Source: a virus
Taxonomy: Duplodnaviria > Caudoviricetes
Virus record (IMG/VR): IMGVR_UViG_3300022305_000561
DNA: 64,000 bases
Reading direction: 5' to 3' (one strand)
Position 1 is the stretch's first letter. Each line of letters begins with the position of its first letter. Shown piece by piece: positions 57,355 through 64,000 of the stretch. The notes beneath the pieces were generated by a model. That model ran no database searches and had not been told where the DNA came from. It saw nothing but the letters and a program-made list of their open reading frames with translations. The position numbers and the translations under genes are program-made.

Positions 57355-58725
57355 TTTAATTTTGTTTGCTATCCAAATATCACAAACATCGTCATTTAAG
57401 GTTATATCTTTAGCAAACTTAACCTCGCCAGATGTCATTTTTATTTTTTCATTATTAGGCACTTTTATATCTATTCCTTTGAATGTAAATATTTTTCCAT
57501 CAAACTCATTCTCTGTTTCCTTTCTTATGTATTCCCTATCCTCAGTCTTGACTTCACCAGACACATAAAATATTTTTCTACCATCTTCAGCTCTATCAAC
57601 AATCATCTTATGTAGAATCTTACCGTGTTTAGCAACAAACTGAAACAGGACTAAAGTGTTACCATCTTGTTTCAAGGCAAGGTTAGTTATAAACTTATTC
57701 CTTCCTTCGTGGGATACAAGAAAGTCCATTTCATCTTGGTACTTCATACCTTTATATAACTTCCTAACTTCTTCTGGATATTTCAATAACAAACATTTAA
57801 TATCAAGTTGAACGACTCTATTTGAATCCATCAACTGTTTGGTAGTAATAACCCTATGAAGAGGTCCCATTATTCCTTCAAGTTGAAGTTGATTCACTTG
57901 TGAGTTATCTATTGTACCAGTAGTTCCAATTCTATACTTGACGTCAGTCATATTCTCAAACATAGAAGTGATTGAGGCACCCTTTGCTAAATGTGCTTCA
58001 TCACATATTACCGCATCAAATTGGTTGTAAAAGTCTTTACCAATACCATCTAATGCCCCACCTGCTTTGTTACGCCATGAACTCTGCCAAGTAGTAATAA
58101 GAACATTCAACGAGAAGTCTTTTGAAAGACCTGAGTACAATTTCTGACAGTTATCTTCTGTTGACCAATTATTACCAGTTGAATAATCATCAAAGTCCGC
58201 ATACAACTGCTCAACTAACGAAGTCGTTGGCACAATGATAAGAACTTTCATATTCTTCGCCAAGAACCATCTAATCAACGTATAGATAATCAAACTCTTA
58301 CCAGAAGCAGTAGGCGATAAGAGTACAGTCTTGCAAGTATTCAAAGATTTATGAATAGCGTCTATTTGATAATCCCTTATCTCAATAGGCGTTCCTTTTG
58401 AACAAGGATTAATTATCTTTGCAAATCCTTCTACTTGTGCAGAAGTAATACCCATATCATAGGATATATCGGTATCTATTTCTAATGTGTGATTATTCCT
58501 TTCTGCAAACTCTTTTACATAATCAATAAGACCAGAATACAACTTTTTAGTTTGAAGATTATATAAACGACTGAACCCGTCCCAAAGTCGAGCCTTAAAT
58601 TTCGGGGAGAACTTAGCTCCTGGAACTGGGAACTTAAAGAACTCTGATAATTCTTGTTCTGTAGATGGATCAGAGAATAATCTTATATGAACTTCATTCA
58701 TTTTTTCAACTTTGATTAATGTCAC
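57322..58725 (-). CDS. uvsW: UvsW helicase N-fragment
   Basis: WDG, RDYQ, SPTASGKS, DEAH, GTTGT; stops before motif V. Confidence 0.92.
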   Translation of the reverse strand: MTLIKVEKMNEVHIRLFSDPSTEQELSEFFKFPVPGAKFSPKFKARLWDGFSRLYNLQTKKLYSGLIDYVKEFAERNNHTLEIDTDISYDMGITSAQVEGFAKIINPCSKGTPIEIRDYQIDAIHKSLNTCKTVLLSPTASGKSLIIYTLIRWFLAKNMKVLIIVPTTSLVEQLYADFDDYSTGNNWSTEDNCQKLYSGLSKDFSLNVLITTWQSSWRNKAGGALDGIGKDFYNQFDAVICDEAHLAKGASITSMFENMTDVKYRIGTTGTIDNSQVNQLQLEGIMGPLHRVITTKQLMDSNRVVQLDIKCLLLKYPEEVRKLYKGMKYQDEMDFLVSHEGRNKFITNLALKQDGNTLVLFQFVAKHGKILHKMIVDRAEDGRKIFYVSGEVKTEDREYIRKETENEFDGKIFTFKGIDIKVPNNEKIKMTSGEVKFAKDITLNDDVCDIWIANKIKLSFVKQSQRS

Positions 58726-59166
58726 CTAACCACCAGCCAAGAATGCTTTGTATTGAATACAGTTTTTGATTGACCAAGTTCTGTCAGCAATAGATTTCAA
58801 GATTGATTCAAGCAGATAGATTGTTGCAGTGAGGTATTCAAGTTTCAAATCCATTGCGGTGATATGTTCATCACCCTTTAGAAACTCATCCATCTCATTT
58901 TTCAAGGGTTTGGTATACTGCCATTGTTCCCAACCAAGATCAAGAAGTTCTTGTCTGGATAGTTCACCACGGTAGTATCTAAACTTATTCTTTCTAAGGG
59001 TATTGTAATCAACCTTAGTTTTGCTGAATCGCAACTTAGTATTCATCAACAATGATATGTACTTAGCATGTAATTTAGAAGTCTTTACAGATTCATCATC
59101 AAGATGATTAGAGGAAATAATACAGTCCATATCCCATAGGTTTTGTATTTCATCAATTGTGGCCAT
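58726..59166 (-). CDS. uvsY: recombination mediator UvsY
   Basis: W..DC.I..LHAKY..YY.G..R...IKN.I..F.AG. Confidence 0.88.
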   Translation of the reverse strand: MATIDEIQNLWDMDCIISSNHLDDESVKTSKLHAKYISLLMNTKLRFSKTKVDYNTLRKNKFRYYRGELSRQELLDLGWEQWQYTKPLKNEMDEFLKGDEHITAMDLKLEYLTATIYLLESILKSIADRTWSIKNCIQYKAFLAGG

Positions 59167-59180
59167 AATATTCTCACTTA

Positions 59181-59699
59181 TTATATAAATTTATAGTATG
59201 TATACTCGAATGTAGCGTTGCAAGTAATGTACTGAACATCGTTTGATGTAGTAATGAATGTGATAGCACCTAATGATGTTGGTATCAAATCAACAAATTG
59301 AACGGTTTGTACAGGCATATTATTAGATCCAAGAACCTCCAAGATACCATCTGAACTGTTTTTTGCTAAGTCAGATAGGAATGGAGTTTTATTACGATTC
59401 TGCCAACTTATGTATTGATCATATGCCTCAGGGAATCCTAATGCAACTAACCAGTCAGATATGGCTAGGTAGTTTGCCATATTTTCATCAACAATAAACT
59501 CTATGTTCAAGGTCTCATATGTTAATTGAACACCAGGAAGTTTGAGTTGAACGAATGGAGTTTCGTATACAACGTTAGGTAGATTGATTCCAGGAATGCT
59601 AACTTGTTGAGCGAAGTATGTTAGTTCTGGCAACTTTTTAATTGCGAACTGAAACCCATTTGGGGATAGAGGATTAAGATTTGCAGGAAGAGTAAACAT
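59181..59699 (-). CDS. 3: tail tube terminator (gp3-like)
   Basis: N.LSPNGF..P...YF.Q...PGI..PG....E.L...F.VDE...NY..W. Confidence 0.8.
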   Translation of the reverse strand: MFTLPANLNPLSPNGFQFAIKKLPELTYFAQQVSIPGINLPNVVYETPFVQLKLPGVQLTYETLNIEFIVDENMANYLAISDWLVALGFPEAYDQYISWQNRNKTPFLSDLAKNSSDGILEVLGSNNMPVQTVQFVDLIPTSLGAITFITTSNDVQYITCNATFEYTYYKFI

Positions 59700-59714
59700 A
59701 GTGTATATCCTTAT

Positions 59715-60866
59715 TTAGATATTAGTATTTATAAGGGATTTGCTGGCTCTTGGTTTCATACCCTTTTTCCAAGATGGATTTGGCTCGTCTCCCTTTGGAA
59801 CATAGAAATTTGTAATACCATCATTATAAACAACAGCGTCTTTCCTTTGCTTTGTAGAGGCAGCAGTTTGTGCTGACCTATCTCTAGGGAGTTGTCCTTT
59901 TATCCACTCACCACCAGGATCCTGTTTGAACTTCTTCATAATAGATCCATTGTTATAAAAACTAGAACCAGTATTAACCTCAGCAGCCAATTTAGATCTT
60001 TTTACATTTTGGTTCTGTTTGTTTTCTGTATAAGGAACAATCAATCCAAGTTCTTGTATGACTGGGTCTGAAGTAGAAATGTATCCGTATTTGGTAACTC
60101 CATCAGGATAGTAGAAAGTGAACTTACCTTTCATTTTGGTAGATTGTTTTCCATTACCTTGTAATCTGATATATTCATAATCTTCAGGGGACTTGGGATT
60201 ATGCCAACCTTGATTAAGCAATTCTGTATATTCGTCTGATTGGATTTGTATTGTTTTAACTTGATCAAGTAAATATAGTTTAATAGTTCTACAATGATCT
60301 TTAGATCTAGCCATAAGTTCTTTAGATTCATCAGTCATAGTTAAACCAGCATTATTTCCAACTAAGTTCAACTCTTGTATAGTTGTGTCATCTTTATGTA
60401 AATAATATTTGGCTCCATTAGAATCTTTATAAGTAGCCATATTTGAATGTTCTAATGATCTTTGGATAGATGCATCTTCTCTAAGTTTTGATAAAGTTAG
60501 TCTAATATATTTTGTAGGTATTTTTCTATATGAAAGTTTATCGTTTGTAGATTCATTGAAATTAAATAACATACACTCTAATGCCCTTGATTGAGAACCG
60601 CCAAAAGTTTTCCATAGAATAACGTGAGCTATAATATGTTGATGTGCCGTTAGGTTAATAATATTCCAAGAAAAAAGTATTTTGTTAGTGTATTCTGGAA
60701 ATAAGTCTTTTGCTTTAGGATAGATATGATGTCCTTCAGTATAAACCCAATCTATATTATTTGAATTTTTTAATCTACACCCATCAATGAACTTTAGATA
60801 TCTATTGAGATAATGTGCATTGTGGGGTTTACTTGAAAGGATTGTATAAATATTATTGCTGGACAT
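59715..60866 (-). CDS. HNH homing endonuclease
   Basis: KPHN.HYL.RY; EGHHIYPK..FP..WN..LTAHQH.IAH.ILWK; YNNG/YNDG..W.KG repeats. Confidence 0.85.
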   Translation of the reverse strand: MSSNNIYTILSSKPHNAHYLNRYLKFIDGCRLKNSNNIDWVYTEGHHIYPKAKDLFPEYTNKILFSWNIINLTAHQHIIAHVILWKTFGGSQSRALECMLFNFNESTNDKLSYRKIPTKYIRLTLSKLREDASIQRSLEHSNMATYKDSNGAKYYLHKDDTTIQELNLVGNNAGLTMTDESKELMARSKDHCRTIKLYLLDQVKTIQIQSDEYTELLNQGWHNPKSPEDYEYIRLQGNGKQSTKMKGKFTFYYPDGVTKYGYISTSDPVIQELGLIVPYTENKQNQNVKRSKLAAEVNTGSSFYNNGSIMKKFKQDPGGEWIKGQLPRDRSAQTAASTKQRKDAVVYNDGITNFYVPKGDEPNPSWKKGMKPRASKSLINTNI

Positions 60867-60960
60867 AGTAGTTCCTTGTAATTACGATTAGAATGTTTAG
60901 AGTTAGTAGGTCTGACCACCGTGACTAACACCTATTACTATTTATACAAATCAAAAACTC
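60845..60960 (-). repeat. conserved endonuclease-leader module, copy F
   Basis: TATAAATA 60946-60939; hairpin GTTAGT-CAC-GGT-ggtcag-ACC-T-ACTAAC (60929-60902); TCTAAACATTCT; ATGTCCAGC. Confidence 0.9.
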
Positions 60961-60966
60961 ACTCAT

Positions 60967-60990
60967 AAAAAAAGGAGCCGAAGCTCCTTT
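60967..60990 (-). terminator. terminator downstream of gene 23
   Basis: AAAGGAGC-TTCG-GCTCCTTTTTTT on the minus strand. Confidence 0.9.
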
Positions 60991-61038
60991 AATCAGATAA
61001 TAAAGACTTAAATTAAAAAGTCTTTATAAATCAATGAC

Positions 61039-62397
61039 CTACATCAAGTTAGTAACAGCACATTTTCTGTAATATGTGTTGGCATTTAAGTACATGCCAT
61101 TTGCATCGATGTTAGTAGTAGAGTACGCTGCGAATGGGTTTGAAACTATACCATAACGAGTCTTAAAACCGATTTTAGGTTGGAAAGTGTTAGGATCTTG
61201 AGCACGAACCATTTGTAAAGGCACATATGGGCAGTAGAAAATACCAGCATCAAATGCAGAAGTACCTTTGTAACCAACTACGAAGTACTGAGCAGCAGAA
61301 CTGTTCATTGCATACGGATCAACATATACTTTGTATTTGCCGTTTAATACACCAGCAAAAGTAGTAGAAGTATCATCAACAGTCAAGTTGTTAGACAAAC
61401 CTGAAGAATAATCTAAAACGCCAGCCATTGCTAAAGCAGAAGCTACATCAGCAGAAGTGATGATGAAGTTACCACGTCCACGACGAGTACGTTGACCAAT
61501 TGCATTAGCTTCACGTTCGATTTGGAACATCAAGCCTTTGAATTTTTCAACTGACCAACGACCGTTAGAATCAACGTCTAAGTCAAAAGTACCAGCAGTA
61601 GCAGTACCTGCAACAGCACCAACTTCAGCAGACATATACACTCTACGAATTACTTCACGGTTGATTTCAGCAGTGATTTCTTGTGAAAGAATTGAACTCA
61701 ATTCAGCAGCAGCATCTAAGCCATGAACAGCTTTAAGATCTTGTGCTAATTCATCAGAATACTCAGCTTTCAATGCACGAGTTTGTGCAACAACAGAAGT
61801 TTTCTCAATTGAGAACGCCATTTCAGCCCAAGCAGCATTTGCTTCAGCAACAGCGGTAGCATTAGCAACACCAGTTGAACCAGTGTTTGCAGTACCGCTT
61901 AAAGTTTGTGCGATAGTTGAAACAGTAGTAACACTTTTAGTAGCATCGCCATCAAACAAGTTACCAGCACCAACGCCAGCACCTGAGAATGAAGTATCAG
62001 CTTCGTTAAATAATGCTTCAGCACCACCTTGAGTTGAGTAACGGCTCTTCATAGCGAAGATTAAACCAGTTGGTTGAGTCATTGGTTGAACACCGCAGAT
62101 ATCAAACGCAATCATTTGTGGCATAGCTCTACGAACTAAAGAGATTAAAACTGGGTCATAACCAGCAACGCCACCAGTAGTACCACCACCGATTGTACCG
62201 ATTTGGCTAGAACCAACACCATTAACTGGGCTAGTTTCGAATAAGTTGCCGCTTTGAGCAGATTCTCTCATAGCGATTTCTTGGTTTTCTAAAAGTACCG
62301 CAGTGATTTCTTTACGGTAATGATCAGTAATTTTTGGTAAAGCATCGTGTTCCAGGATTGGAGCCCATTTTGCCATTAAATCAGGACGAGTTGACAT
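61039..62397 (-). CDS. 23: major capsid protein (gp23)
   Basis: KWAPIL..LLENQ, DPVLISLVRR, GVQPM..PTG, ELAQDLKAVHGLDA, FQPKIGFKTRYG. Confidence 0.98.
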   Translation of the reverse strand: MSTRPDLMAKWAPILEHDALPKITDHYRKEITAVLLENQEIAMRESAQSGNLFETSPVNGVGSSQIGTIGGGTTGGVAGYDPVLISLVRRAMPQMIAFDICGVQPMTQPTGLIFAMKSRYSTQGGAEALFNEADTSFSGAGVGAGNLFDGDATKSVTTVSTIAQTLSGTANTGSTGVANATAVAEANAAWAEMAFSIEKTSVVAQTRALKAEYSDELAQDLKAVHGLDAAAELSSILSQEITAEINREVIRRVYMSAEVGAVAGTATAGTFDLDVDSNGRWSVEKFKGLMFQIEREANAIGQRTRRGRGNFIITSADVASALAMAGVLDYSSGLSNNLTVDDTSTTFAGVLNGKYKVYVDPYAMNSSAAQYFVVGYKGTSAFDAGIFYCPYVPLQMVRAQDPNTFQPKIGFKTRYGIVSNPFAAYSTTNIDANGMYLNANTYYRKCAVTNLM

Positions 62398-62407
62398 TTT
62401 TATTTCC

Positions 62408-63517
62408 TTATTTGATTCTGTTGAATGTTTCCATATATCTAGCAACATTGCTATCCATATGTTTAATTTCTTCGTTTAGGTTTACAGGAGAATCAGTAAC
62501 TACTGAGTTCACTTGTGTTGATGGTTTCTTACCAAAATAATTCTCTTTGATAATTTGTAGTTTAGATGCAAAAGTATCAGCATCTTCATAGTTCAATTCT
62601 TCAGCAAGGGCAGTAAATTTTTCAACTTCTGTATCAGTCATTCCTGAACAGAAATCGTATGTTACCGATTCGCGAGCCATTTCGTTAAGTTCTTTAGTCA
62701 TTCCAACATTATGTGCCAAAGACTCATCAAGTTTAGATTCAAGAAATTCAACTTGCTCTTGTAGATCACCTACAACATCAAATCTTTCTTCTGGAACTTC
62801 AATATAATGTTCTTGGAACAAAGTCTTAAGACCTTCTACAAATCCTTCAAGAATGTCGGATTTCAAACCATTTTCAATTGCAATCTCATTATCACTCATC
62901 CACTGCTCGACTACGTAGCCAAGGTATCCATCAACTTTCTCAATAATTTCTTCTTTATCAATTTCAGCCTGTTCAGCTAAACTTGTTTCGAATGCTTCTT
63001 CAAGAGATGCTACTTCAGCATTAACTCTTGCCATAACTGCCGCTTCAAAAATAGTAGCAGCTTTTACTTTAAATTCTTCTGTTAAATCTTCACCGAAAAG
63101 TAAAGCATCAACGTCTTCTTGGACATCAATTGATTCTTTGGTTAGTTTATTAATAGCTTTACCAACATAAAGATGTGGATGAAATTGTTTTGCGTCTTCA
63201 CTTCCACCATGAATATTTTCTAAAGCAGCTTTTACTCTATTTTTTGGTCCACTAAAAGTATGAACATGTGCTCCATACTCTGTACCATGATACCGATGTT
63301 TAATGCCTTGTTCTTTTGCAATATCTTTCATATAGTTTTTAGAATCATCGTCAGAGTCGTGTACTTCATTAGATTCAACGTGTTGAATTTGTTTTGCTCT
63401 ATCTGTAACTCTAGATTCAGAAACTACTTCTTCTTCAGAAATAGTTTCAACTTCTTCCATTAATTTCAGTTTGGCAGATTCTTCAAGAAGCTCTGCGATT
63501 TTTTGTTCAATTGACAT
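62408..63517 (-). CDS. 22: prohead core scaffold (gp22)
   Basis: LTEEFK.KAATIFEAAV, VD.YL.YVVE.W, GLK.LF.EHYI.VP. Confidence 0.93.
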   Translation of the reverse strand: MSIEQKIAELLEESAKLKLMEEVETISEEEVVSESRVTDRAKQIQHVESNEVHDSDDDSKNYMKDIAKEQGIKHRYHGTEYGAHVHTFSGPKNRVKAALENIHGGSEDAKQFHPHLYVGKAINKLTKESIDVQEDVDALLFGEDLTEEFKVKAATIFEAAVMARVNAEVASLEEAFETSLAEQAEIDKEEIIEKVDGYLGYVVEQWMSDNEIAIENGLKSDILEGFVEGLKTLFQEHYIEVPEERFDVVGDLQEQVEFLESKLDESLAHNVGMTKELNEMARESVTYDFCSGMTDTEVEKFTALAEELNYEDADTFASKLQIIKENYFGKKPSTQVNSVVTDSPVNLNEEIKHMDSNVARYMETFNRIK

Positions 63518-63557
63518 ATTTTTTGCTCCGTTAATTTTTATTAGTATTATTTATAAG

Positions 63558-64000
63558 TTATTTCAGATTAGTCAAAAAGTGCTTAAAATAACCTAATTGA
63601 GATTCAGTTATCGCCTTTACATTCTTGTTACGTAATTCTTGTTGAATCTGTTCTGCCAATACCCAAGAGTTAGAAGTAGCATTGAAAATCCATTCTGCAC
63701 CTTCCATAATACCGTTTACCCAGCAATCAATACCAGATGGCTCATGGACAATATCCACAGTTGCAAGTCTAAAGTCCTTTTGAACTTCGTTTACAGAACC
63801 TCTTTGTAATACAGAACCCATTCCTCTTGAAGATACACCAAGTTTCACGCCTTCTTCAAGAAAGTTTCTTGCAATATTACCCATAGGAGTATCAAGTATC
63901 TTTGCTTTTCCAACAATATCATTACCTTCAAACCTCAAGGCAGTAATAAGATGGGATACTTTATCTAGGTTCAGAGAAGGTGACTCGGGATGACCCAACT
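63558..64000 (-). CDS. 21: prohead protease (gp21), 5'-truncated by the window
   Basis: LGHP, LDTPMG, GVSSRG.GS, DIV..PS. Confidence 0.95.
   Translation of the reverse strand, partial: LGHPESPSLNLDKVSHLITALRFEGNDIVGKAKILDTPMGNIARNFLEEGVKLGVSSRGMGSVLQRGSVNEVQKDFRLATVDIVHEPSGIDCWVNGIMEGAEWIFNATSNSWVLAEQIQQELRNKNVKAITESQLGYFKHFLTNLK

Noticed and set aside
57370-57470. UvsW N-fragment tail (KIKMTSGEVKFAKDITLNDDV) as an N-intein
   Set aside because: It resembles an intein N-terminal strand but has no Cys/Ser1 at the junction, no block B His, and no C-intein (HN) on the downstream fragment.
4363-60960. Leader copies as a CRISPR or guide-RNA array
   Set aside because: The copies are dispersed singletons with 6-9-nt variable loops, not tandem repeat-spacer units. 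No cas-like genes were seen.
50-63463. Most short + strand ORFs in the track (e.g. 127-561, 9915-10343, 17445-17909, 46289-46669)
   Set aside because: They are antisense shadows of well-supported minus-strand genes, with no RBS or recognisable motifs.

Overview
This is 64 kb of an AT-rich T4-like (Tevenvirinae-related) myophage genome, coded almost entirely on the minus strand. It carries DNA ligase, nrdAB, primase, lysis genes, virion and tail-fibre genes, a 7-deazaguanine cluster, replication/recombination genes (41, uvsX, 43, regA, 62/44/45, 46/47, uvsW/Y), gene 55, a tRNA/ncRNA island and head genes 21-23. The window holds about 11-12 homing-type endonucleases. Main observations: (1) A conserved ~100-bp module heads six otherwise dissimilar endonuclease genes and survives in two ORF-less remnants. 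It consists of a late promoter, a covarying double-bulged hairpin, a TCTAATCATTC box, an RBS and MTSxxIY codons. Two copies also carry a divergent, unannotated C2H2 zinc-finger micro-ORF. (2) The gp41 helicase is in three pieces joined by two split inteins, one with an 18-aa N-intein; UvsX also has a split intein, and gp43 and UvsW are fractured. (3) A folE/queD/queE/dpdL-like/dpdA-like cluster with no queC in the window, plus a PRTase and a dGTP/dATP diphosphohydrolase, suggests 7-deazaguanine DNA, possibly made before replication. (4) Several nucleotidyltransferases and a nuclease begin with T4-like capsid-targeting sequences. (5) The ncRNA island contains tRNA mimics without an anticodon arm. 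(6) A duplicated antisense promoter with IHF-like sites is a candidate origin. All calls come from reading motifs by eye; no searches were run.
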